Source of the DNA: Nitrospiraceae bacterium
GTDB taxonomy: Bacteria > Nitrospirota > Nitrospiria > Nitrospirales > Nitrospiraceae
Assembly (NCBI GenBank): GCA_037442105.1
Contig: JBBIQV010000010.1
Coordinates: forward strand, 1-64,000
DNA length: 64,000 bases
Direction of reading: 5' to 3'
Part shown: in pieces, positions 1-9,651 of the stretch
How the letters are laid out: each line of letters begins with the position of its first letter
How positions within the stretch are numbered: the stretch's first letter is position 1
The notes under the pieces: generated by a model
Told to the model about the DNA's origin: nothing
Seen by the model: only the letters and a program-made list of their open reading frames with translations
Databases searched by the model: none
Position numbers and translations under genes: made by a program

Positions 1-58
1 CGCGCCTGGAGGCAGGCAGGGGGCCGGGCGTCCGTCAGGGCGCCCGGCCCTTTGTGTA

Positions 59-703
59 ATGGGGAGCATCATGGGGCGATCACTCTGTGCGAGACTATGG
101 ACCGGATGCATGCTCTGCCTACTAATAGGGTGCTCAGGACAAAGCGATGTGATTCATTTGGCGATTCCCGATCCACGAGGTACGGCGAACGACAAAGCCA
201 GAGGTGATGCCGGGCCAACCGTGGGGGTGCATCGGTTTGACGATAGGCGCAGGGAAAAAGCAATGCTCGGCATAAAGATAGGCCGAGTAGGCACCTTGGA
301 CTCGTTCGTCTTCGACGTCAGCGGTGGAGATGTGGGGCAGGCTGCGGCGGATGCTTTAACGAACTACCTCAACAGCCAGGGCTGGCGGGCAAGCAGCATC
401 AAGAACGGAGTTGCGGACTCTCCGGATGTGATGCTGACCGCTGAGATTGTGGAGATGAGTGTGGAAGCAAGGAGCACGTGGTTTTCAACCGATATGACAT
501 CCACGATCAAGATCATGGTCCAAGGAATCAATCGGGCGGATAGCACGACGGTTCGGATGATACTCGCCGGGGATGGCATGCGCAGCGTCTTTTGGTTCGA
601 CCCGGATGATGCTCAGACCCTGATCAACGATGTTTTGAAAGAAAGTTTTTCCAAGTTGGTGAAAGGAACAAGGTTTGAGGGAAACTTGTTGCGCCTGAAA
701 TAA
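59..703 (+). CDS. Putative lipoprotein (YajG-like fold)
   Basis: Hydrophobic signal ending in a lipobox-like LLIGC; 214-aa ORF. Confidence 0.6.
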   Translation: MGSIMGRSLCARLWTGCMLCLLIGCSGQSDVIHLAIPDPRGTANDKARGDAGPTVGVHRFDDRRREKAMLGIKIGRVGTLDSFVFDVSGGDVGQAAADALTNYLNSQGWRASSIKNGVADSPDVMLTAEIVEMSVEARSTWFSTDMTSTIKIMVQGINRADSTTVRMILAGDGMRSVFWFDPDDAQTLINDVLKESFSKLVKGTRFEGNLLRLK

Positions 704-746
704 CCGCTGCAACTCGGAGGGGATTAACAGGAGGGGATTAAAAGGA

Positions 747-776
747 TTGACAGAGCAAGCGGAACTTCAGTATGGT
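747..776 (+). promoter_or_regulatory. Candidate sigma70 promoter for the multicopper oxidase
   Basis: TTGACA (747-752), 18-bp spacer, TATGGT (771-776). Confidence 0.45.
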
Positions 777-904
777 ACGCACCCGCTGAAGGCTGTCAGC
801 AACGTGTGTGATTGATTTTTTAGTGTACGGAGGGAGCCCGTAAAGATCACCAACACTTCCAGCCTCGTTTAACATCAATCTTTCGCATCGCAGATTTAAT
901 CCAA

Positions 905-3900
905 ATGCAAGGAGGCCGGTCCATGCATTATTGTAGGTTGTCTGTTCGTTATCTTCTCTGTTCTCTCCTGTCAATGGCGGGTGCCACGTGGTTGTGGTTC
1001 CCGCCATTTGTTTTCGCGGAACCGTCTTCGTCAGGCCGCAATCATGTGGTGGCTCAGCACTCGGCCATAGCGAATCAAGCTCCAGCGTGGGCGGAGCAAC
1101 TCAAAGGTCAAACCGTTGTCGAAGACACGATGGCCGGGAAGCCGGATCGCGCTGCGATGGTCGAGCAGCACCACCAGCGCGTCATGGAACACCTGGCGCA
1201 TGATCCGCAGGCTCAACAGGTCAACACGGGCATGTTCAACACCACCTCGATGATGCACCAATACGGCGCCGGTGGACAGGATATGCTTCTGATGTCTGAC
1301 CCGCGAGTCGAACCGGTGGCCGCGATGACGGGCGGCAAGTGCCCGGCGACCGCGCCCGTGAGAGCATACGATGTCTCCGCGATCAATGTGGAGATCACGC
1401 TCAATCAGTGGCTGGATTACTATCCTGGCTACATGTACACGCTGACGGAGAATCTCGACAAAGTTCGCGAGGAGGAAGCGAAGAACAAGGCAGCGCGGGA
1501 GAAGGAAGGATTCGATCCCGGTGCTGTGATTCCCGGTGTTCAGGCCCAGTGGATCCAACCGCTCACGATCCGTGGCAATCAGGGCGACTGTGTCAAGATT
1601 ACCCTCCGCAACAAACTTGAGGGCGGGGAGGAGGTGAGCCTCCACATCCACGGGTCGAGCATGGTGGTCGGCGCCACCGGGAAGCCTGCCACAACGACCA
1701 ATCCGGACACGATTGCTACCAAGGACAAGAATGTGGAGCTGGAGTGGTACATTCACCCCAACACGCAAGAGGGTGTGCGGCAATTCCATAGTTACAGCAA
1801 CGATCGTGAGCTGACGGTGATGGGATTGTTCGGTTCTTTCGTCGTCGAGCCCCGTGGGTCTTCGTATTGGGAACCTCTTGGAGCCGGTGACCCGACGCCT
1901 GCGACCAGCGGTTGGCAGGTCATGATCAAGAACGGCACGGGCCCGGACTTCCGCGAATTCGTGTTGTTCTACCATGAGGTCGGCGACGAGGCCTTCCGGC
2001 CGGTGAACAAGAAGGGCGACTTCCTGCCGCAGCGCGACCCGCTGACCGATGCCTATCGTCCGGGTGGCCGTGCGATCAACTATCGCAGCGAGCCGTTCGG
2101 CATCAACAATATGCATGTGCAGCACGAGTATTTCGGGTTCGAGGACGAGTCGATGGGGTACAGCTCCTACACATTCGGAGATCCATCTCCTACGATTCCT
2201 CGTTCCTATATGGGAGATCCGGCCAAGTTCCGCCTGGTGCACGGTGGCTCCGAAGTGTTTCACTCGCACCATCCCCACGGCGGTTCGATCCGTTGGCCGC
2301 GCAGCCCACGGGCGATCGATGACATGAACCTGTGGGCCACCAGCGTCAACGGACCCGTGAAGTATCCCGTAATCCGGGCGAAGACGGATCGCGTTGACGT
2401 TGAAGTGATCGGTCCTTCTGAAGCACTCGATCTGGAGACGGAGTGCGGCTCCGGGCTTTGCCAGCAGTTGGCCGGCGATTTCCTGTTCCACTGCCACGTG
2501 GCGCATCACTATGTCGCCGGCATGTGGGGGTATTGGCGGGTGTACAACACGTTGCAAGTCGGTGAGTACCGGAACGATGTGATGCCGGACCTGCGCGAGT
2601 TACCGGACCGGAAGGGCCGGATCAAGCTTCCGGTGTCGTCCGACAAACTGATCGGCCAGACCGTCGATTGGTTCGGCAAGCAGTTCAAGATCGTCGACAA
2701 GGGCAAGAGCGATTGGAAGAGCAACCCGGCCACGATCACCATCAAGGATTGGGTCGAGATGCAGCTCCCGACGATGGGCAAACCGGGCCACAAGGACGAC
2801 GAGAAGGGGCAGACCTTGGCCTATGACGCCACGGTGCTGGATTGGGCCTGGGAAGGCAGTCGTGCCATGAGCGAACGCGAGAGCACCGTCGACAATCCCA
2901 AGTACAAGTCCACCCATCCCGGCAAGCGGCATCCGATCATGTTCGAGGTGCAGACCGGCAAGGTGGCTTGGCCGCATCTGACGCCGCATTTTGGTCGCCG
3001 GGTGATGTTCTCGCCGAACCACGTCGGTGCACCCTGGCTGGAGATGATTCGCCGGGACGCCAACGGTGAGGAGAGTGTGGACCAATCGCTTCCGGGCGAG
3101 AATGGCCGCTGGAGCCTCTGTCCGGAGAATGCAGGCCGCAAGAATTACAATGTGCATTTCATTAAGCTCCCGATCAAGATCGCCAAGGCTCAAGGGAAAG
3201 AGCCGGCCGTGATCGATCCGAACGGCTTGATCTTCGTGCTCCATGACGAAGAGGCCGCCATCCGCGCCAACGACGATCTCAAGTATCCGTTGGTCGTTCG
3301 CGGCAACATCTACGACTGTGTGGACTGGACCCTGACCAGCGAGTGGGATGACGACGACTACACGAACTTCCAGTCGTCCAAGATCAACACGCACTGGCAC
3401 TTCCTGCAGTTCGACAACCAGGCATCGGACGGCGTGATCTCCGGCTTTTCCTATGAGCAGTCGGTCCGTCCGTTCACGATGTTGGAGAAGAAGAACAAGA
3501 AGGGATTGCCCGCTCCGATGAACACGGTCTTGACCGCGCCGGTGAAGAAGGGCGCCAAGACCATCACGGTGAAGAATGCCGGGCAGTTCCACGCGAACAC
3601 CTTGATTCTCGTCGGTGCGGATAACGTCAAGGGCAACGAGATCGTCCGCATCACCGGTATCAAGGGCAACACGGTTACCCTGAACAAGGGGCTGAAACAC
3701 GATCACCCGGCGAACGACATCGTGACGGTGGAGTTTGTGCGCCAGCGGTTCTGGGTCGATGCCGACGTGGGGACCGTATTCTGGCACGACCATGCGTTCG
3801 GCGCGACCACCTGGCCGCACGGCGGGTTCGGGACGTTCATCGCCGAGCCGGTGGGTTCGACCTATCACGATCCGAAGACCGGTAAGCTTGTCTGGAGCGG

Positions 3901-5794
3901 TCCCATTGCGGATATCCGCACGAACGAGCCGGTCGGTCACAGCGTGAACAACAGCTTCCGCGAGTTGATGGTGCAGGTGCATGACACCGTCCCGCACACC
4001 GTCAACATCGTGACGGCAGGCAATCCTCCCGGGCAGCCGGTGGAAGTCGCCCTCGAGGCGGGCAAGACCGTGTCCTTCATGATGCCGGAGAAGATCTACA
4101 TGACGCCGATGCCGTTCCTGAACGGCGGCACGCACACCACCGGCAGCGGCTTGAACTTCAGGGCGGGCCCGATCGCGCAACGGTTGGCGACCAATCCTGA
4201 AGCATCCCAGATTTTCAACAGCCAGATTCACGGCGATCCTTACACGCCGCTCTTGAGGGCCTACGTCGGAGACACGATGGTGTTTCGCCTCCTGCATACC
4301 CTCATGAACGAGTCCATGGTCTGGACCTTGTCCGGCCATACGTTCTTGACCGAGCGGTATGCGGGCGATGCAAACCGCAAGAACTCGATCCACATCGGGA
4401 TCGCGGAGCGCTATGACCTGGTGGTGCCGCAAGCCGGCGGACCACGGTTGCAGCCCGGCGACTACATCCACTTCAACGGCCGATCCTCGAAGTTTTCCGA
4501 GGGAGGCTGGGGGATTCTGCGGGTGTATGACAAGGAGCAGCCGGATCTGAAGAAGCTGCCGGCCGGGTTCTCCGGTCGAAGCGAGATTCCGAAGTCGTTG
4601 CCGGTCTGCCCGGCTGATGCGCCGGTCAAGAACTTCAACGTGGTGGCGATGGATTATCCGGCCATGAGGTTCAACCCGAAGGCGCCGGAAGCCATCGAGG
4701 TGGACTTCGAGCGGAAGATATTGATGACCAACCCCGCGGCGAAGATTTATACCTTGGAAGAAGAGGTCTCCAAGGTTGCCGGCGGGGCGCACCCAATGCC
4801 GCTGACGCTCCGTGTGAATGTCGGGGACTGCGTGAAGGTGAATCTCAAGAACAAGATGAAGACGAGCCGGGCGTCTTTCTCGGCGATCGGGTTGGCGTTC
4901 GACCCGAAAGACTCGCTGGGCGCCAACGTGGGCAATAACCCCGGCGACCAGACGATTGCTCCGGACGGCGAGCGCACCTATACCTATTACGCGGACCCGC
5001 TCAACGGAGAAACCACGTCGTTGGTATGGGATTGGGGCAATGTGATGACGAATCCGCGGAACGGCCTGTTCGGAGCGCTCGTTGTCGGACCGAAGGGATC
5101 CAAGTATCGCGATCCCAAGACCGGCGCGGATCTCTCCAACAAGAACGCCTGGGCGGCCGACGTCATCATCGATCGCTCGGTCCCTGGTCACGAGAATCGA
5201 CCGAATTATCGCGACGTGGCGTTGTTCTTCCAGGACGAAGACAACATCATCGGCACCAGTTTCATGCCGTACGTCCAAAACGTCGCGGGTCTGACCGGCG
5301 TCAACTATCGGTCGGAACCCTACAAATATCGTGAGGAACTCGGCTGCTCGCTCGGCAAGGTCTTTCAGCCCTGCGTGGCGGACAAGCCGGAAGATCCTGC
5401 AACGCCGATCATCGAAGCGCACGCGGGCGACCCGGTGCGTATCCACGTGATCGGCGCCAGCAACGAACAAAACGGAATGTTCAGCGTCGAGAAGCATGAA
5501 TGGCCGATCGAACCCTTTATGCGAGGTGCCGACCAGATCAGCGTGGTCGAATATTCCGGTTCCGAAACGCTCGATGCGTTCATTCCCTCAGCCGGCGGTC
5601 CCTACCGTCTGTCCGGCGACTATGTGTACAGCAATCAACGGTTGCCGTACTCCCAATCCGGACAGTGGGGCTATGTGCGGGTGTTGCCGGCCGGCGACAC
5701 GCATCTGTTGCCTTTGCATGGCGCAGGCCTCGGCGTGAAGAGCGCTGAAGTCGAACAGCCGGCGGCTCAGGTGATTCCCGTCGCTGTGAAGTAG
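905..5794 (+). CDS. Large multidomain multicopper oxidase (MnxG-like), exported; start may be 923
   Basis: 1629 aa; signal peptide; Cu motifs LHIHG, HSHHPHG, FHCHVAHHYVAGM (type-1 site), NTHWH, FWHDH; repeated cupredoxin-type domains. Confidence 0.85.
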   Translation: MQGGRSMHYCRLSVRYLLCSLLSMAGATWLWFPPFVFAEPSSSGRNHVVAQHSAIANQAPAWAEQLKGQTVVEDTMAGKPDRAAMVEQHHQRVMEHLAHDPQAQQVNTGMFNTTSMMHQYGAGGQDMLLMSDPRVEPVAAMTGGKCPATAPVRAYDVSAINVEITLNQWLDYYPGYMYTLTENLDKVREEEAKNKAAREKEGFDPGAVIPGVQAQWIQPLTIRGNQGDCVKITLRNKLEGGEEVSLHIHGSSMVVGATGKPATTTNPDTIATKDKNVELEWYIHPNTQEGVRQFHSYSNDRELTVMGLFGSFVVEPRGSSYWEPLGAGDPTPATSGWQVMIKNGTGPDFREFVLFYHEVGDEAFRPVNKKGDFLPQRDPLTDAYRPGGRAINYRSEPFGINNMHVQHEYFGFEDESMGYSSYTFGDPSPTIPRSYMGDPAKFRLVHGGSEVFHSHHPHGGSIRWPRSPRAIDDMNLWATSVNGPVKYPVIRAKTDRVDVEVIGPSEALDLETECGSGLCQQLAGDFLFHCHVAHHYVAGMWGYWRVYNTLQVGEYRNDVMPDLRELPDRKGRIKLPVSSDKLIGQTVDWFGKQFKIVDKGKSDWKSNPATITIKDWVEMQLPTMGKPGHKDDEKGQTLAYDATVLDWAWEGSRAMSERESTVDNPKYKSTHPGKRHPIMFEVQTGKVAWPHLTPHFGRRVMFSPNHVGAPWLEMIRRDANGEESVDQSLPGENGRWSLCPENAGRKNYNVHFIKLPIKIAKAQGKEPAVIDPNGLIFVLHDEEAAIRANDDLKYPLVVRGNIYDCVDWTLTSEWDDDDYTNFQSSKINTHWHFLQFDNQASDGVISGFSYEQSVRPFTMLEKKNKKGLPAPMNTVLTAPVKKGAKTITVKNAGQFHANTLILVGADNVKGNEIVRITGIKGNTVTLNKGLKHDHPANDIVTVEFVRQRFWVDADVGTVFWHDHAFGATTWPHGGFGTFIAEPVGSTYHDPKTGKLVWSGPIADIRTNEPVGHSVNNSFRELMVQVHDTVPHTVNIVTAGNPPGQPVEVALEAGKTVSFMMPEKIYMTPMPFLNGGTHTTGSGLNFRAGPIAQRLATNPEASQIFNSQIHGDPYTPLLRAYVGDTMVFRLLHTLMNESMVWTLSGHTFLTERYAGDANRKNSIHIGIAERYDLVVPQAGGPRLQPGDYIHFNGRSSKFSEGGWGILRVYDKEQPDLKKLPAGFSGRSEIPKSLPVCPADAPVKNFNVVAMDYPAMRFNPKAPEAIEVDFERKILMTNPAAKIYTLEEEVSKVAGGAHPMPLTLRVNVGDCVKVNLKNKMKTSRASFSAIGLAFDPKDSLGANVGNNPGDQTIAPDGERTYTYYADPLNGETTSLVWDWGNVMTNPRNGLFGALVVGPKGSKYRDPKTGADLSNKNAWAADVIIDRSVPGHENRPNYRDVALFFQDEDNIIGTSFMPYVQNVAGLTGVNYRSEPYKYREELGCSLGKVFQPCVADKPEDPATPIIEAHAGDPVRIHVIGASNEQNGMFSVEKHEWPIEPFMRGADQISVVEYSGSETLDAFIPSAGGPYRLSGDYVYSNQRLPYSQSGQWGYVRVLPAGDTHLLPLHGAGLGVKSAEVEQPAAQVIPVAVK

Positions 5795-5831
5795 ATCGGG
5801 ACGGCCTGCACGGGCCGGTGATGTCGGAGAC

Positions 5832-5866
5832 AAGGGGGAAGCCGCAAGGCTTCCCCCTTTTTCTTT
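5832..5866 (+). terminator. Rho-independent terminator
   Basis: AAGGGGGAAGCC-GCAA-GGCTTCCCCCTT followed by T-run. Confidence 0.85.
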
Positions 5867-5920
5867 AGAGTACGAGTTTGTTAGGATTGGTAAAGTTCCA
5901 GAAACCGTGAGGCGTGAGAC

Positions 5921-6841
5921 ATGAGAAGTAAGAAGTGTCGTCCCTACTTTTTCCTTTTTGCTTTTGTCCTTTGCCTTGGGAGCCATGCGTCGGCCTATGA
6001 GGTAGTCGAGGTCCAACATGGTGGGACGGTAACGGGACGTATTACTCTCAGTGGGCCTGTACCGGAACCCAAAGGGTTTAACCTCATTACGTTCCCGGAC
6101 CCTGCCTATTGCGGCCGTATTTCCAACGGAAAGGGCTGGCGATTGCTCCACGATTTCGTCGTGGGCGCGGATGGAGGACTCAAAGACGCAGTCGTGGTCC
6201 TCGAGGGAATCGAGGCAGGGAAGCCATTCGAGCTGTCAGTGCCCCTCATTGAATCGCGTGACTGCATGTTCACCCCCTGGGTGACGATCGTGCGAAACGG
6301 TCACGCGGTGGAAGTGATCAACATGGACCCGGTCATGCATGACATTCAAGGGTATGAAACTTCCCTGGAGGCCGGTGCGCGGGTTCTGTTCAATACGCCG
6401 CTCATCCTGAACCTGCAGCATCGCCGGGGAGATCTCATGGCCACGCACAATCACGCACCCGGCAAATCCCTCGTCGGCCCTATCTACCTCAACAAAGGTC
6501 GTCGAACCTTCTACATGCAATGTGGCTTCCATGCTTTCATGGAAAGCTGGGCCATGGCGGTGAACAACCCCTATTATGCAGTGACTGACCAATCCGGATC
6601 GTACAAGATCGATGATGTGCCGCCCGGCACCTACAACATGGTGGTGTGGCATCCTCAATCGGGTCCCGGAGTGGTCCGCACCGTGACCGTCATGCCGGAT
6701 GGCACTACCATGGAGCACGTGACATTGTCGGCGCCGACGGGGAACCGTACAGCTTACAAGGTGATGGATAATCCTCGCTTCGGTCCGGACACGTTGGGCT
6801 ATCCTGTCGAGATCCGTCCGATTGTGGAACACCAGCGCTAG
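5921..6841 (+). CDS. Exported carboxypeptidase-regulatory-like domain protein with cupredoxin-like Cu site
   Basis: Signal peptide (..ASA|YE); GxVxGxI start; VMHDI..CGFHAFM; C-terminal 'VTDQSGSYKIDDVPPGTY' beta-sandwich motif. Confidence 0.7.
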   Translation: MRSKKCRPYFFLFAFVLCLGSHASAYEVVEVQHGGTVTGRITLSGPVPEPKGFNLITFPDPAYCGRISNGKGWRLLHDFVVGADGGLKDAVVVLEGIEAGKPFELSVPLIESRDCMFTPWVTIVRNGHAVEVINMDPVMHDIQGYETSLEAGARVLFNTPLILNLQHRRGDLMATHNHAPGKSLVGPIYLNKGRRTFYMQCGFHAFMESWAMAVNNPYYAVTDQSGSYKIDDVPPGTYNMVVWHPQSGPGVVRTVTVMPDGTTMEHVTLSAPTGNRTAYKVMDNPRFGPDTLGYPVEIRPIVEHQR

Positions 6842-6865
6842 CCGAAAAATCCCTGAGATCTTCCG

Positions 6866-8239
6866 ATGCAACGAGATAGCCGTTGGATGACAAGATGTGC
6901 GGTTGTTCTGGCGCTGGCCGTGGGCTTGTTCGCCTGGAAAGTCGGGGTAGCAGAGAGTGCTCCTTCTCTCCACGAGGCGCAGGTTGAGTTTGATAAGAGG
7001 CAGTACGCGCAGGCGCTGGAATTGCTGGATCTATTGGCCAAGCAGGGCGCACCCTCGGTAGAAGCGAGGCGACTCAGGGTGAAAACCCTGTTGAAGCTGG
7101 GACGTTCCACCGACGCGCTGGCTGAATACGAACAGCTCGAGCACGCCGCTAAACAGGAGGACACAACTCTCCTGCGCGAGGTGGCGATGGGCTTCATCAC
7201 GGCGCTCTTCAAGGATATGCGCGACCAGATGAGAGGCGCGGCCTATACGGCTCTGAAAGAGTTCGACTCAGAGGAGGCAGTACCATATTTTGAAGATGGG
7301 CTCAGCGATGGATCCGGGGCCGTGCGCGTGCTCGCGGTTGAGGGATTGGGTCGTCTTGAAAGCGGACGTCGTTCGCCAAAACTGAGAAAAGCGCTCGAGG
7401 ATCAGGCGGCGTTGGTGAAGGCGTCCGCGATCAAAGCCTTGGGGCGGGCTGGTGATCGCTCCATGATTCCGGTGTTTGAAGATGCTCTCAAGGACGAACA
7501 AGCGTCCGTGCGTGTGGCGGCGTGCGGGGCATTGCTCCGGCTTGGACGGAAAGACGCCTGGGAGCACCTTCGCCGGGCCGCCACAGCCCCCAATCCCGAC
7601 GAACGGTCTGCCGCTTTGCGTGTGATGGGAGAACTGAAAGATGAGAGAGGGGTTCCGATGCTCACAGAATCCTTGCGCCATTCCCAGCCGTCCGTTCGTG
7701 GAGCCGCGGCGAGGGCGCTAGGGCATCTGGGGAAGCCGGAGCTGATGGAGGTTGTGCAGCCGGTTCTCCGTGACCCGGTCCCGGCAGTGCGTGAGTCTGC
7801 GGTCGTGAGCCTCGGAGAAATGGGCAACAAAGAGTCGGTACCGGTTTTGAAGCAGATGCTGGCCGACCCCCAGTATTCCGTGCAAGCCGCCGCGGTGTCC
7901 GCTCTCTTGCAACTCGATCAACCCTATGATCTGGTCGCCGAAGCGGTTCAGAAGTTGTTCCAGCAGTCCGATACGGGGGCCAGAACCGCGGCGGCCCATG
8001 CAATGGGGAAAGCGGGGAAAGCGAATGTGACACGTGCAATCGAAGTAGCCCGCAGTCTCGTAGCGGATCCTCTGCCGGGTCCCCGGATCGTTGCCATTCG
8101 CTCCTTGGGACATATTGGCGGGGAGGAAGAGATTCCTATGCTGCGGGAAGCGCTCAGGGACAGTAATGAAGCCGTGCGAGCGACGGCGGGGGGAGCGTTG
8201 GGCCGCCTCCTGGCAGAGAGGAGTCACTCCAAGAAATAA
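6866..8239 (+). CDS. Exported TPR + HEAT-repeat protein
   Basis: Signal peptide, then many 'L.D....VR..AA.ALG' HEAT/PBS-lyase repeats. Confidence 0.85.
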   Translation: MQRDSRWMTRCAVVLALAVGLFAWKVGVAESAPSLHEAQVEFDKRQYAQALELLDLLAKQGAPSVEARRLRVKTLLKLGRSTDALAEYEQLEHAAKQEDTTLLREVAMGFITALFKDMRDQMRGAAYTALKEFDSEEAVPYFEDGLSDGSGAVRVLAVEGLGRLESGRRSPKLRKALEDQAALVKASAIKALGRAGDRSMIPVFEDALKDEQASVRVAACGALLRLGRKDAWEHLRRAATAPNPDERSAALRVMGELKDERGVPMLTESLRHSQPSVRGAAARALGHLGKPELMEVVQPVLRDPVPAVRESAVVSLGEMGNKESVPVLKQMLADPQYSVQAAAVSALLQLDQPYDLVAEAVQKLFQQSDTGARTAAAHAMGKAGKANVTRAIEVARSLVADPLPGPRIVAIRSLGHIGGEEEIPMLREALRDSNEAVRATAGGALGRLLAERSHSKK

Positions 8240-8497
8240 CGGTGCGAGTCGAATACTTTTCCCCCTTTTCCCCCTCTTAGGCAATCTAAGCCCTTTCCAA
8301 CTTGATCTTCCGCGGTCGCCGGACTGCCCCCTCATCACAGTGACAGTAGTGTACATGGTGAAGCCGAGAGCGGAACGACGCTGCTTTTTTCTTTGCAGAA
8401 GAAGGTCGCGACCGTCTTACGGGTTCTGCGCGGAGGGGATCTGGACCTGATGCCCGCGAGTTGGGCATCCCCGGTGTTCCCTTGCTTTTGTTTCGGG

Positions 8498-8527
8498 TTG
8501 ACAGAGGGGCTCATCTTCTTGTATACA
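8498..8527 (+). promoter_or_regulatory. Candidate sigma70 promoter for 8688 gene
   Basis: TTGACA (8498-8503), 18-bp spacer, TATACA. Confidence 0.35.
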
Positions 8528-8687
8528 CACGCGGTCAAAATCCAGGCCTCGCCATCTTTGTGTCCCGCGATCGAGTGACAATGGCCGGAGGGAGTCTCCC
8601 TTGGTCTCTCTGTACGTGCGGAAACGGTATGCAGGGGTCTAGTGGTGAGCGTCAGCAGGGGTTAGTTAATCACAAGGAGGCAGTCAC

Positions 8688-9482
8688 ATGAAGAAGGGTG
8701 TGTTCTCAGTCGTATTCGGTGTGGCGGCCGTGGCGTTTGTCGCCGCGCCCCTCACCTCGTATGCCGGCGGAACGATTGCCGGTAAGGTGACGTTTGCGGG
8801 GAAGTCTGCTCAGAGAGAGTTTTCTTTTGCTAAGTTTCCCAACCCCAAGTTCTGTCCGAAGAATCCCAATAAGAGCTTGATAGACGGGGACAAGCGCTTT
8901 CTCAAGACCATTGAGGTCGGTAAAGACGGTGGGCTCAAGGGAGCCGTCGTTGCTGTGACCGACATCGAGGATAAGGCATTCGTTGATGGCTACAAGGGTA
9001 CCGATGTGACCGCGGCATTCTGCGAATTCTTGCCGTTCACTGGAGTAGTGGTAGCCCAAAAGAGCTTCCGTGTTGAGAATACGGATGCCGATCCGGATGA
9101 TCCGAAGTCGGTGAAGGGTGTGCTCCACAACCCCCACAGCTTCTTCGTGAAGGGGTCCTCCTCTTCGACTGACTTCAACATCGGCCTCGCGGAGAAGGGC
9201 TCCAAGCTGGACAAGCCGGTCAAATTTAAGGGCGGTCAGGAGAAGACCGGCAGCACCTACCGGCTGCAGTGCGACCAGCATGAGTTCATGCAGTCCTTTT
9301 TCCTGCCGGTGTGGAATCCCTACCACGTTGTCGTGAAGGATGACGGCTCATTCGAGATCAAGGATGTGCCGGCCGGCAAGCACAAGATCATTGCCTGGCA
9401 TCCGTTCGCCGGGAAGTTCGAGGCGGAAGTGGATGTGACTGAGGGCGGTACGGCCAACGTGAAGGCCGAGGTGAAGAAGTAA
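8688..9482 (+). CDS. Exported carboxypeptidase-regulatory-like domain protein with cupredoxin-like Cu site (paralogue of 5921)
   Basis: Strong RBS AAGGAGG; signal peptide; VLHNPH..CDQHEFM; 'DDGSFEIKDVPAGKHKIIAWHP'. Confidence 0.75.
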   Translation: MKKGVFSVVFGVAAVAFVAAPLTSYAGGTIAGKVTFAGKSAQREFSFAKFPNPKFCPKNPNKSLIDGDKRFLKTIEVGKDGGLKGAVVAVTDIEDKAFVDGYKGTDVTAAFCEFLPFTGVVVAQKSFRVENTDADPDDPKSVKGVLHNPHSFFVKGSSSSTDFNIGLAEKGSKLDKPVKFKGGQEKTGSTYRLQCDQHEFMQSFFLPVWNPYHVVVKDDGSFEIKDVPAGKHKIIAWHPFAGKFEAEVDVTEGGTANVKAEVKK

Positions 9483-9522
9483 GGCGCTTGATCCATTGAG
9501 ATTGCGGGGTAACCCGCGAAGG

Positions 9523-9557
9523 CAAAGGGCCGTGGTTCGTCGAACCACGGCCCTTTG
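9523..9557 (+). terminator. Rho-independent terminator
   Basis: CAAAGGGCCGTGGTTCG / CGAACCACGGCCCTTTG inverted repeat after the stop. Confidence 0.75.
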
Positions 9558-9651
9558 TGTTTCCGCGGAATTTCGGTCACCTGCACTCCTTGCCTTTCGA
9601 TTCTTGGTCTAGGTATCATATCAAAATTTCTAGAGATATCAGGAGATTGGT

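Noticed and set aside
2600..5497. 965-aa minus-strand ORF and many other long antisense ORFs (e.g. 1031-2557, 23675-24883, 33995-35224, 47351-48613, 54835-56088)
   Set aside because: Shadow frames opposite well-supported GC-rich genes, with no recognisable motifs.
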